Origin: the human T2T-CHM13v2.0 reference genome, Homo sapiens
Strand: one strand, 5' to 3'
DNA: 64,000 nt
NCBI RefSeq assembly: GCF_009914755.1
Contig: NC_060925.1
The notes under the pieces: model-generated
Databases searched by the model: none
What the model saw: the letters and a program-made list of their open reading frames with translations, nothing else
Told to the model about the DNA's origin: nothing
Part shown: one piece after another, positions 1 through 12,778 of the stretch
Position numbering within the stretch: the first letter of the stretch is position 1
Layout of the letters: every line of letters starts with the position of its first letter
Translations under genes and position numbers: made by a program

Positions 1-580
1 AAAAATCAGGTTAAAGAACAGTTTTTAGAGTATATCCTCATTTACACTTATGTATGTCTGTATGTGAACAGCGTGTGTCTGTGTGTGATCACAGAAAGAA
101 ATCCAACAGGATGTATGCCAAGGTGATAATATTTTGCTCCTGCGTATTTTCTATTTTTCTGTAGTGATCATGGATTACCTGTGCAATTTCTACCCCCTCC
201 CAACAAAAGAACAAATCTTGCTCTCAGGATAAACTCTGGCAAAATTATTTATACTGATGCATAAATCATATGTAAAGCCCAACAGAGACCTCTTTCCAGA
301 GGCATATTTATTTTAATCAGTCAAGAGGGGTAAGCCAAAGGAAAATGCCACAAAACAGGTGGAAGAGGGTGTTATATACTTTTATTTCATTTTTGTATGT
401 TACTGGGAGTTCTCAGTCCTTTTAAAAGTGCAGCTCATCCAGGCAGTCCCAGGGGATATGGCCACGAGGGCTGTGCTGTAGGTGAAGGGCGCTCTGGGCC
501 TGGGCAGTCTCTGGGCCAAAGTGGGCAGGTGTCAGTTCAGACACTCCACTGTGGGCTGATCTTTGCTTTCTGTCTTACAG

Positions 581-601
581 CTCCTGTTGCTGGGACACCT
601 G
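581..601 (+). CDS. FCGR2B: FCGR2B exon 2, 21-nt signal-peptide mini-exon (S2)
   Basis: tgtcttacag|CTCCTGTTGCTGGGACACCTG|gtaagt; encodes (A)PVAGTP. Confidence 0.96.
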
Positions 602-3600
602 GTAAGTACTCCACCCACAGCCTTTCCTTCCCTCGGGTCCCCTTTTCCTCTCCTCCCAGTGCCCTGTCTGGAGGTGCTCTAAATGCACCAGCAACTGAGC
701 CCAGTACCAAGTCAGGGCCAGGAAAGGGTAATTGCTCCCGAAAGATCCCCTCTCCCTCTTCCACTCTCCTCCTTCCTTTTCCTCCTTCCACGGAGGCAAG
801 TGGTAGGCAGCCACGGTGTTCAAATGGGGGAGCTGTCACAGAAAATGAGAACTCTGATCTCTCTCTCAACTGCCTTCCGCTGTCCAAATAAAACCAAGGG
901 CTTCCTCTCTCCAAATAAAATTCAGGCACATGCAAAATCACATGGCCTGCATATGTTGTCCCCCTGTGTTGCTAAATCCTTGACTGTGCATGTTTCTGAG
1001 AGCTCCAAGGCCTGTTCCCTGACAGAGTGGTCTCTGCATACCTCTGGCTACACTTTGCCGGGCACTTCTGTGTTTGTGCCACTCAGCCTCCACCGCTCCA
1101 GGACTGGCCCTCCGGCTTTTCTCCCTCTCTCTTTATCCTTCTGAGGCCAGAGAGGCTCGTGTATGCTTGGGTGTGAGGACGGGCCATCTTGACCTCGTTT
1201 TTAAAGTATACAGAATGACATTAGGTCAGAACGGAAACCTGATATCCAACTCCCATGCCTGCCATCTCCACCAGAGCCCCCACTTATCTTCAGCCAGCCC
1301 CAGGGGAAATTTATCCACTAGTGTCTAAATGCCTTTGTTTATCGGGGAGAAAAGTTAGTCTCGAAAGAGTATGTATGTATGGGGTGTCTGTGTGTCTGTG
1401 CTGGTGGGGAGAGGTTGGTGGGGAGAGAGAGAAAGAACTGGTGAGGATATCTCAGGTAAAGTATATGTATTTCGAGGGTGTTTCTCTTGCCTGCTCCCTC
1501 CTTCTTCCCTGTTGCCCTGTCGGAGTCCTGGGCTCCCTGGGGCCGTTGTGGTGGGATGTATGAGCAAAAGCAACTGCCTTCAGTTGCAGAACCATTCTGG
1601 GCCTGGCTCGGCTTTTGGTGCCCCTAGTAGGCCTACAGGTGCTTTTTTGTCTGAGATTCAGGGCCTCTCAAGCTCCTGGGCTTCCTCTTCTTCATGCTAC
1701 CTCCTCTCTCTGCCCCTCAGCAGCTCCCCCAAAGGCTGTGCTGAAACTCGAGCCCCAGTGGATCAACGTGCTCCAGGAGGACTCTGTGACTCTGACATGC
1801 CGGGGGACTCACAGCCCTGAGAGCGACTCCATTCAGTGGTTCCACAATGGGAATCTCATTCCCACCCACACGCAGCCCAGCTACAGGTTCAAGGCCAACA
1901 ACAATGACAGCGGGGAGTACACGTGCCAGACTGGCCAGACCAGCCTCAGCGACCCTGTGCATCTGACTGTGCTTTCTGGTCAGTGGAGGAAGGCCCCAGG
2001 GTGGACCTGGGAGGGCCAGGACGGATGAAATCTGCTTTCAGGCAGAGGTTTGCAGGAAAGGGGGGTGGCCTGCTTACTGGGAAGTATCGCTGTGAGTTGC
2101 CTCAGCACATATCAGTGGTTGTTTTTGCCTCAGTTCTGATTGAACAGAAGAAGGTTTCAAGGCCAAAAACAGGCAGCCAAGTGTGAGAGAAGCAGAAGGA
2201 AATCCCTACTGCATAAAACCCATTTCCATTTTAATGGCAGAATTGAAAAGCACAGACCACAACTGAATCCTAGCCCTGGAAATGACTCACTATACAACAT
2301 GATGAATTCATTTAACCCTTGAGTTTCCATTTCTTCACCTGCTCCGTGGGGCACTAACGCCTCCCTCAGAGGCTTCTGGTGAGAATCAGTGTTTCCCTGC
2401 CCCCGCCCCGCCCTCCATGCCCCTTCTCCACGTTCTCACTGTGCTAGGTGCTCTTCTCTGTCTTTCTCTTCCACCAGCCTGTGGGAAACCTGAGATGAAA
2501 GTCGTGTCTTACCCATCTTTGTATTTCCAGCATCTGAAACTGGGCAGAGCTTAATAAATATTTTGCTGGAGAGGTTGATGATCTTACAAAGCTCCCATTG
2601 AAAGGTGGCTCTCTGTAAAGCAAAGTTACAATGAGATTGTGATGAACATTGTCCTTGTGGCTTTTCACTTAGTCCCCTCCCTTCACCTGAAGAGCAAATT
2701 TTCCTCAAAAGTACACAGCAAACGAATGACCCACTGGTGACACTGTTGCCTTTAGACCCTGCTGGAAAGAAGCTCCACATTTATTAACATTCCCGAAGTA
2801 AATTTATCAGGTAGCATTCATCAGGTAACATTTGTTGCACATTCATGACTTTTCTACTGTCCACAAAGGCATATGTCCTTATCATATGCGGACTCCTCGG
2901 TCACACTGGATTCTTCCTTCCCTCCTCGACATGGAAGAGATGGCATCTTAGGGTCTCTTGTGTTCTTCCTGCAGAGGCCTGTCGGGCAGGAAAAGGCTGC
3001 AGCTGCCTTCCTGGGAGAAGGAGGAGATGAGTGTATCCTGAACACCTATTATGTGCTAGGGGCTATTGTAGATACATGACACTATCATGCTCATTTTCAC
3101 GAATGAGGAAACTGAGGCTCAGAAGACTTAAATTATTTGCCCAAGAGTTCATAAATGACAGAGCCAGCATTAGAGTCCAGGACTGTCTGATTTCAGACCT
3201 AAGCTGTTCCCTCTGCACATCGTGTCCCACCAGTAAGGAAGATCTGGGTCTCAGAGCTGAGCCAAGACCTCCCGGGTCCTCTGCGGTTTTTTGTGTCTTT
3301 CAGAGTGGCTGGTGCTCCAGACCCCTCACCTGGAGTTCCAGGAGGGAGAAACCATCGTGCTGAGGTGCCACAGCTGGAAGGACAAGCCTCTGGTCAAGGT
3401 CACATTCTTCCAGAATGGAAAATCCAAGAAATTTTCCCGTTCGGATCCCAACTTCTCCATCCCACAAGCAAACCACAGTCACAGTGGTGATTACCACTGC
3501 ACAGGAAACATAGGCTACACGCTGTACTCATCCAAGCCTGTGACCATCACTGTCCAAGGTATGCGGAGTCTGCCAAGATGTAGGGAGGGGAGAAGAGGGG

Positions 3601-6600
3601 ATGGACAAGGGCTGAGGTCACATGGGCCTACATGGAGGTCTGAGAAAGGCCACAGCGCAAAATTGGGCACTGGAGCAAAGAGGAGTGGTGTGGAGGCCTG
3701 GCTAAGTATTGACCAATGAGCAGGAGTAGGGGCCAGAGCTTGGAGCCCTCAGGTGATAGGTGACCAGGCTGTTGTTCCACTTTGAAATGCAGGCCCCAGA
3801 CTAAGGACGGCAGCGAAGCAGAGCTCCCTCGTTGGTGCAGAGGTTCCCTAAGCTCCTGGGCATTCCTAAGAACTGAGGTTTGCCTTTATTCTTCTCATGG
3901 CTCATGTTACAGCCATTCACTCCAGAAAGCCTGGCACGTCATGGACCGTTCAAGGCTGTGCTCCATAGAGTAATGATGCCTCCAGCTATGCGAGGCTTTG
4001 GGCCCACCCTTCCCACTGCCCCTGAGGGCTAAGGGGAGCCCTTCCTTCTGCTCCTGCCTGCTCACCAGTGTGCCTTTATTAGTTCGGTGGAGAAACCTCG
4101 GTAGGCAGGAGGCATAAGTCCAGCCACAGAAACCCTGTGCAGATGAGGCTGGGGATGTAGTGAGTGCTGCAGAAGTGAGTGACTCAGACACAGAAGAGCT
4201 TCGGGTGACAAGCACTAGGACATAGCATTGGATGGGGGGGAGGTGGGACAAGGAGAGTACTGCCTGTCCTGATGTCTGTCTTCCCTAGCTCCCAGCTCTT
4301 CACCGATGGGGATCATTGTGGCTGTGGTCACTGGGATTGCTGTAGCGGCCATTGTTGCTGCTGTAGTGGCCTTGATCTACTGCAGGAAAAAGCGGATTTC
4401 AGGTTTGTAGCTCCTCCCGGTCCCTTTTGTTATCAGTTTCCACTTGGCCCAGGCCCTAACCCCAGACATTGCCAGAATCCCTCTCTTTGGGCTAGATACA
4501 CATTCAGATCTAGGCCCGTATTGTATTATAGTCATTCATTCGTTTATTAGATCATTCATTTGACAAGACTTGAACAAACTAGCTTATGTGTCAGCCAATG
4601 CGTGAGACATGGTGGGTGATGCCAAGAGAAGTCCAGTCCCTGCCCTTGGGGAGTTCTCAGCATTGTGAGGAAGACAGGGTCATTATAATAAGATGGGATA
4701 AGAGCAATGATAGGGACATGAAAAGCCTAGGATAGAAGTACAGAGGAGGCTCCATAGCCCAACAAGGGCTGAGGCAGTTGGAGAAGGTCTTGGGGAGAGC
4801 AGTGTAGTGTAGTGATGGAGTGCACATAGTGGGGCCAGACTGCCTTGGTTCAAATCTAGTTCTACAGCATACCAACTATATGACCCAAGTGAGTCACTCC
4901 ACCTCTCTGTGCCTCAGCTGTCTCATGTGGAAAATGGGGACACTAATAGGACTTACCTCAGAGGGTTGCCATGGGGATGAAAGAGGCTGATGCTCTTACA
5001 CAGTGCCTGGTAGGCAGTAACAGCACACAAACAGGGCTGTTGCCATTCTGGAGGAGGTGGTGTGTGAGGGCAGCGCTTAGCTAGGGAAGGAGGACCCTCC
5101 AGGCACTGGGCCAAGGCAGGGATTGAAGCCGGGTGGGGCTCATATGGGTGTCGAAGGGGGAGTAGAGAGGGTACTGCAAGCCACCAAGAAAGAAAGAATC
5201 CCGCTAACACCTCACAAAGCACTTTTCAATTGGTTCATAGCCAACACCTCAGTTACTGATGATAAGTAAATACAGAGAAACAGAGAGAGAGAGACTGAGA
5301 CACAGGGGTGTTTTTAAAAGGCAGAGCAAGCCTCAGACAGATGCCATGGCGTGGACTTTCTGACACTCCTGGGCATCCCCATGGGTGAGCTGAATTCTGC
5401 CTCTGGACCAGCCCTTTTCCAGGCGGGAGCAGCCTCTGAGCAGGGGAGCTGGGGGTGGGAGGACAGGAAACATCTGCCAGAGTGAAGGCCTGAGCTGGTC
5501 CCATCCAACCCTGGCCCTGGTCCTTGGTCCTGAGGACTCAGGCCCCACCGCCTAATCCTACTAACCTCCTGTGTGCCCCTCCCAGCTCTCCCAGGATACC
5601 CTGAGTGCAGGGAAATGGGAGAGACCCTCCCTGAGAAACCAGGTGAGTACAGGTTGTCTCAGGGATTCAGTGATGGCTCACCAGGGCTGCCGGCTGGACT
5701 GGAGCCAGGGAGAAGGGGCTTGTGCAAGTTCAGCTGGGAGCCAGGGAGGGAGCAGCAGTGGGAGGATGGCTGGGGCTCAAATCGCTTGGTCAGCTCTGAG
5801 TCTAACTCCTGGGCCTAAAGACGACCTCTCTGGAGATGAGAAGAGAAACACCAGTCCCAGATACAGAAGAGAGGGCTGTGTCCGAATTTCTGGTACCAGG
5901 AATCTGGTGATATTTCCAGAGCAAGAAATCAGAGATACTTTGGTCTTTCTGTGGAGCTTTGGCAGAGCTGGCAAAGGATGGGGTTAGGGGCTGTAAGACT
6001 GAGGCCAATCGGACGTGGGAGGCAGGAGTCTAAGGGGAAAGGAGGAGGAGGCCTGGAAACCCCTTGATTTGCTGAGGAATCTGCCTCTGTGGAGGGATGG
6101 GGTGGAGTGGCCAGGCTCAGCTGTCTGTGGAACACTAGGAGGAGGTTTGGGCTTGAGAAAATTCTGGGGGACTAGGGGCACTAGTGGGCTCTACTCTGTG
6201 GGCAAAACTCAGTTCTGATGCCCATGCACTCAAGGTTGACTGAATTTTGGCCTGGTTCTGCCCTCATCACACAGTGGAGCCCTGAGCAAGTCAGTCTCCC
6301 TGATGGGGTTCAGTCTCCTCACTGAGGAAATGAGTGGGTGGCCAGGGTGACCTCTCAGGTCTTCTAGATTTGACATTCTGAGAACCAGGGGCCACCCAAG
6401 CCCTGGCCCAGGTGGGAGTGTGTAAAGGAACTTCCAGGAGGATGCCAGGCAACTTCCAGACTGTAGTTAAAGTCAGAGCACAAAGGAAACCAGTGCTTTC
6501 TCTGGGGGCTTCCATGACAGTAAGAACAGGCAGAAAAAAGAGGCTGTCAAAGACCCCACCTCAGATGGCTGGAGTATGATTCAGAGCAGAGCCAACAGAT

Positions 6601-7882
6601 TTAAGAGCTTGAGCAAAATATCACTTGTTCAGCTGTGCTTGCAGCAAGGTCGCATGTCTGCTGGCCAGGCCCAGTGGTGATAGGGGCCTGTGTTCACACC
6701 AGGGCCAAAACAGATCTGGAAAAAACAAAGTCCAAGCAACTGGATTATCCATCTTGTTGTGTGGTTCTGTCTGCACTGGCATAAGCACATTTCACAAGGC
6801 ACTTTTGCAGCCAGGCATTGGGGCTGCATAAATGGTTTTTTAAAAATCCTTTCCCAAAAGGCAAAGCTGGGTTGCTGGGATTCTTGGGAAATGTAATAGA
6901 ATGGGAATTCAGAATGCGGTTTACTGCAGAATTTACAGCATGGCAATAAAGGCTCTCTATGTTCAGGGGGTGAGAGAAGAGACTAGATGCATTGTCTCAG
7001 ATGTCTCCTGACTTCCTGAGAAATGCCACTTTGCAGATATGGGGCTGCTTTTCACACTGGCTAAGTCAGTTCATGGCAAAATATGAGGGAATTCAGTGTG
7101 TTTCAGACACTAACCAAAGTCCATCCTTCCTTTCTCCTTCCGTCCCTCCCTTCCTCCCTTTCTCACTCACTCTCTCTTTCTTTTTAATGCCATGGAGTAC
7201 CATATTTTTCAAAGTTCCAACAAAGATGCACTACATTTAGACAATGTGGAAATGGCCCTCAGCCTTCTCTCCCTGAAGTCTGTGGCCAGCAAAAATCTGG
7301 ACTTTACTTCACTCTGATGCTGAACACCCCCCTCCCCCACCTCTTCCCCAATATCTCAGATCCCAAGCCTCCCTGGTTTGCTTCTAGGAAAGCTCAGCAA
7401 TTCCCTGAAAAGAATGCAGCTCAAGTGACTGCTCCACTTTTTCACCTTGGCCTTTGCGGAAGGCTGTGGCTGGGCTACCCTATGCATCGATCAATGAGGT
7501 CATATTTACCCAGTGCTTGGCCTAGAGGCCCAAGACAGGGTCAGCAGTGCTTGCTTTGGCTCTAGTTTGGGCGTTGGTTTTGCAGCCTCAGCATCAGCAC
7601 AGGCAGGCCCTCTTCTCCAGCAGTGCTCTGGCTGATATTTCTTCTTTTTCCCACAGCCAATCCCACTAATCCTGATGAGGCTGACAAAGTTGGGGTGAGT
7701 GATCCCAGCCATCTCCCCCTCCCTTCTCCCCTGTTGCCTTTTCTGTTGCCTTCTTTCCTAGGCCCTCTCTGTGGATCCTTACTGCTGGTTTCTGCCTTCT
7801 CTAGGCTGAGAACACAATCACCTATTCACTTCTCATGCACCCGGATGCTCTGGAAGAGCCTGATGACCAGAACCGTATTTAG
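581..7882 (+). CDS. FCGR2B: FCGR2B, inhibitory low-affinity IgG Fc receptor IIb (CD32B), exons 2-8; 5' partial because exon 1 is outside the window
   Basis: Spliced exons 581-601, 1721-1978, 3304-3558, 4289-4402, 5586-5642, 7657-7694, 7805-7882. All are flanked by AG/GT and join in frame, giving ...[20 protein letters not shown]...[65 protein letters not shown]. The ITIM tail distinguishes it from FCGR2A and FCGR2C. Confidence 0.98.
1721..1978 (+). CDS. FCGR2B: FCGR2B exon 3, Ig domain EC1
   Basis: [14 protein letters not shown]...DPVHLTVLS; acceptor tcag|CAG (NAGNAG), donor G|gtcagt; Gln codon CAG at 1756-1758 is open. Confidence 0.97.
3304..3558 (+). CDS. FCGR2B: FCGR2B exon 4, Ig domain EC2
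   Basis: [55 protein letters not shown]...VTITVQ; 255 nt; AG/GT boundaries. Confidence 0.97.
4289..4402 (+). CDS. FCGR2B: FCGR2B exon 5, transmembrane exon
   Basis: [38 protein letters not shown]; ccctag| acceptor and |gtttgt donor; Ile232 codon ATT at 4336-4338. Confidence 0.96.
5553..5565 (+). promoter_or_regulatory. Consensus branchpoint TACTAAC / QKI-type element upstream of FCGR2B exon 6
   Basis: TAATcctACTAAC; TACTAAC at 5559-5565, about 20 nt before the acceptor AG at 5584-5585. Confidence 0.7.
5586..5642 (+). CDS. FCGR2B: FCGR2B exon 6 (C1), 57-nt cassette included in b1 and skipped in b2
   Basis: [19 protein letters not shown]; cccag| acceptor and |gtgagt donor; length is a multiple of 3. 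Confidence 0.96.
7657..7694 (+). CDS. FCGR2B: FCGR2B exon 7 (C2), 38 nt
   Basis: [13 protein letters not shown]; ccacag| acceptor and |gtgagt donor. Confidence 0.95.
7805..7882 (+). CDS. FCGR2B: FCGR2B exon 8 (C3) coding part with ITIM
   Basis: [25 protein letters not shown]; ITIM ITYSLL at 7817-7834; TAG at 7880-7882. Confidence 0.97.
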   Translation, partial: AENTITYSLLMHPDALEEPDDQNRI

Positions 7883-8363
7883 TCTCCATTGTCTTGCATT
7901 GGGATTTGAGAAGAAAATCAGAGAGGGAAGATCTGGTATTTCCTGGCCTAAATTCCCCTTGGGGAGGACAGGGAGATGCTGCAGTTCCAAAAGAGAAGGT
8001 TTCTTCCAGAGTCATCTACCTGAGTCCTGAAGCTCCCTGTCCTGAAAGCCACAGACAATATGGTCCCAAATGACCGACTGCACCTTCTGTGCTTCAGCTC
8101 TTCTTGACATCAAGGCTCTTCCGTTCCACATCCACACAGCCAATCCAATTAATCAAACCACTGTTATTAACAGATAATAGCAACTTGGGAAATGCTTATG
8201 TTACAGGTTACGTGAGAACAATCATGTAAATCTATATGATTTCAGAAATGTTAAAATAGACTAACCTCTACCAGCACATTAAAAGTGATTGTTTCTGGGT
8301 GATAAAATTATTGATGATTTTTATTTTCTTTATTTTTCTATAAAGATCATATATTACTTTTAT

Positions 8364-8369
8364 AATAAA
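8364..8369 (+). terminator. FCGR2B polyadenylation signal (a second AATAAA is at 8959-8964)
   Basis: AATAAA about 480 nt after the stop codon, in an AU-rich context followed by T/GT-rich sequence. Confidence 0.7.
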
Positions 8370-8560
8370 ACATTATAAAAACAACATTCTGTTTACCTTT
8401 TCAAGGCTGTATTGGTTGGAGTGTAGACTGAACTGCCTGGGGTCTGTTTCTCTTCAGTGATGAGACTCTTAGGAAGGCAGGAATGGATAGGATAGGGGGA
8501 GGAGAGGAGAGATGGGGATTTAGAATGTAGAGTGAGTGCCCCTTTTCTTAAAACTGAATA

Positions 8561-8895
8561 CAGTCACGCACCACATAATGATGTTTAGTTCAACAACAGA
8601 CTGCATATATGATGGTGATCCCATAAAATTATAATACCATATTTCTATTGTACCTTTTCTATTCCTATGTTTAGATATATGAGTACTTACCATTGTGTTA
8701 CAATTGCCTAAAGTATTCAGTACAGTAGCATGCTGTACAGGTTTGTAGCCTAGGGGCAATAGGCTATACGCTACAGCCTAGGTGTGTAGTAGGCCACACC
8801 ATTTAGGTTTGTATAAGTACCTGCTATGATGTTCACACAACAAAATTGCCTGCATTTCTCAAAATGTATCCCCATATTTCAACAATGCATGACTG
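8561..8895 (+). mobile_element. Tigger3a/MER7-like non-autonomous DNA transposon
   Basis: Terminal inverted repeats cagtcacgca...tgcatgactg with TA on both sides; about 335 bp. Confidence 0.8.
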
Positions 8896-9685
8896 TACTC
8901 TTCTGCCAATGACCTTGTATTCTTGTTTCCATGTCTTCTTCTCTTTCCTCCTATGGCAAATAAAACACTGTTTTGCAACACAAGTTCACGGGAAGTCAAA
9001 CTTCAGATGAGCCCTGAGTGGAGATTGCTGACATGTCCTGCTCTGCTATTCTCCCAATGTAGTTACCAGAAGGATGTGACCTTCTCAGAGAAGTCATCTC
9101 AGGCAGATTAGAAACATGACTGGCAGTCTCCTTGAGGGTTTGGTGAGTGCCCTTGGAGAGGCTTCATTTTCCTGGGACTCTACGCAGTAACATCGTGCAA
9201 CATTTGTTGCACTTTTTATGGTAGGATAAAAAGTACTCACTTTTTATGGTCCCACAATCAGATTTCATACACACTTATTGTTTTAGTAATAAGGGATAAT
9301 AATTAAAATTACTGCGTTATTAAGGACTTACTTTGTGCCATATAGTTTGTGCCAAACTATATGCTTTAGAATTTAGAGAATTTACGATTAGCCTTTTATA
9401 TTTCCTCTTTTGTGAGTTTCCTGTGTATTTATTCTTTGCCCATTTTTGTAGATACAATGTATGTCCCTTTATTTATAAATTGCATAGTAGTAACTTATTT
9501 CCTTTTATTTATATGTAAATTATTTCACTACACTAATAATGTATTCTTTTTATAAAATTAAGATACAGATAGGGAAAACAAAAAAATTAGATCGCCCATA
9601 AATCCATAAACCAGAAATAATTAATGCTAACATTTAAGGATATCAATCCATATTCCTGTCTGTGGCAGTGTGTATTTGTGTTTTA

Positions 9686-9833
<148 letters not shown>

Positions 9834-9938
9834 ATTGGATCATATCATATATTTTACATGTTAATAAATACACTCAGGCAAAAATGTATGCTCATTGTAA
9901 GCATGTAAGCCCAAATAATACAGAAAGATAAGGAGTAA

Positions 9939-10895
<957 letters not shown>

Positions 10896-12520
10896 CTGAC
10901 ATGCTACCTAAAGTCTGAAACTTGACTCCTGATCCCCAGGGTCAGTTTCTTTACTGATAGTTTTTCAATAAGCCATTTAGATAGTTGGCATGATTATGTA
11001 GCCAGAGGGGGCATAAAAATCCCTCTAGGAACTTCTGCTTTGAGCTCTCCCATAGCCAAGATTCCTTGTATGGATCCCGGTGGTTTAATCCAGACAAAAA
11101 GCGTAAATAAGTTACGGTAACTATAAGGATGCTAGGGAGCTTGCACATGGAATCTCTTGGACTCCCAGTAATTGCCTAGACTTTCTTTCTCTTGCTATAC
11201 TTTTAAATAAGCACTTTGTTTGAGCATGCTCGGTAGAGTTTGATGAGTTCTTTCAAATATCCTCTTCAGGAAGGACATCCCTGACTGCACTTCCCCTACT
11301 GCTATTCCTCTGCTCTTATTTCCTTCATGGTATCTATCACTGTATGTAATCATGCATTTTTTTGCTTAAATATTTACTTACAAGTTCTAAAATGTAAGCT
11401 CACTCTGGGCAGGATGTTTGTATTATTCACTGGTGTATTCCAGAGACTAGAACAATGCAATCACTATTTATTGAATGAGTTAACGAATGAAATAATATTA
11501 TATTTATCTAAAACTCTTAAATGCTTTAAATAGATCTTTACTATATTTGGAACTTATTTTTGGACTTGGTGTAAGGTGAGAACCTAATATAATTTTTCCA
11601 CATGAAAGTCAGTTGTTCCAATATCATTTGTTGAACAGTTTAATAATTTGAAATCCTAATTTATCACCTAAATTCCCACTCATAGGTCTATTTTTAGCCT
11701 CTCTTCTATTACATTGTTCTATTTGTCTATTTCTGCATCAATACCACATTTTTAGTTATTGCAACTTTATAGTGTACTTTGATATATAGAAGGTCAAGTT
11801 TTCTCTCATTCTTTTGTTTCAAGGTTTTCTTGGCTACTAATGTGCTGCTTCTCTTCCAGATGTACTTAAGAATTCCATAACACTATTATGATATTGGTAG
11901 AATTGCATTGCATTTATAGATTATTTGGGTAAGGTTTGACATCTGTGTCATATTGAGGCTTCCTAAGTTACAACTCTTCATTCATTCAGACTTACAGAAT
12001 TTTCCTATAATATCATATGAGCTTGGCACATTTTTTTGTGACAGATCTTTGACAGACTTTTCTTTCTGTCATTTTTGGTCTGGTTATGATTTTCTCTCTC
12101 TCGGGAGTCAATTTTGAAAACTTTTGCTTTCCTAGGAATCATCCATTTTATTGGTATGCAGTGGTACATCGCACTTTTCCCCTATTTTTTGGTAATAAGT
12201 TGTGTGTTTGTGTTTATGTCCCTCCTCTCATTCCTAGGTTTTGGGTTTTCTTTCTTTTATCAGTTAGGATGACTTCAGTTGGAAATAACAGGAAATCGTG
12301 ATTCAAATTGGCTTAAACATTAAGGAAATGTATTATCTCACATAACAAAAAGTCCAGAGACAGACAGTTTCTAGCACATCAGAACTCTTGGTCCACTTTT
12401 CTACAATTCTGTGAGCACTGCCCTTGAGCTAGCAGCAAGATGATTATAACGGTTCTAAGCAGCATCATACCCAGACCACTATAGAAAGAAAGGGACTAAC
12501 TATTCCTTTTATGTGTAGCC

Positions 12521-12778
12521 TTTTTTTTTTTTTTTGAGACAGAGTTGCAGTGGCGCAATTTCCATTTACTGCAATCTCTGCCTTCTGGGTTCAAGCAATT
12601 TTCCTGCCTCAGCCTCCTGAATAGCTGGGATTAAGGCATGCGCCACCACACCCAGATAATTTTTGTATTTTTTAGTAGAGACCAGCCAGGCTGGTCTCAA
12701 ACTCCTGACCTCAGGTGATCCACCTGCCTCGGCCTCCCAAAGTGCTGGGATTATAGGCGTGAGCCACTGTGCCTGGCC
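12521..12778 (-). mobile_element. Alu (AluS-like, internally deleted)
   Basis: polyT followed by antisense Alu ending in gcctggcc. Confidence 0.9.

Noticed and set aside
397-1820. Several 130-165 aa ORFs in FCGR2B introns 1-2
   Set aside because: They have no recognisable domains and most start at non-ATG codons. Only the true exon portions match protein, consistent with chance ORFs in GC-rich sequence.
581-4402. Possibility that the first gene is FCGR2C or FCGR2A
   Set aside because: The downstream exons encode the ITIM tail (ITYSLL...QNRI*) rather than an ITAM, and FCRLA follows, which fits FCGR2B.
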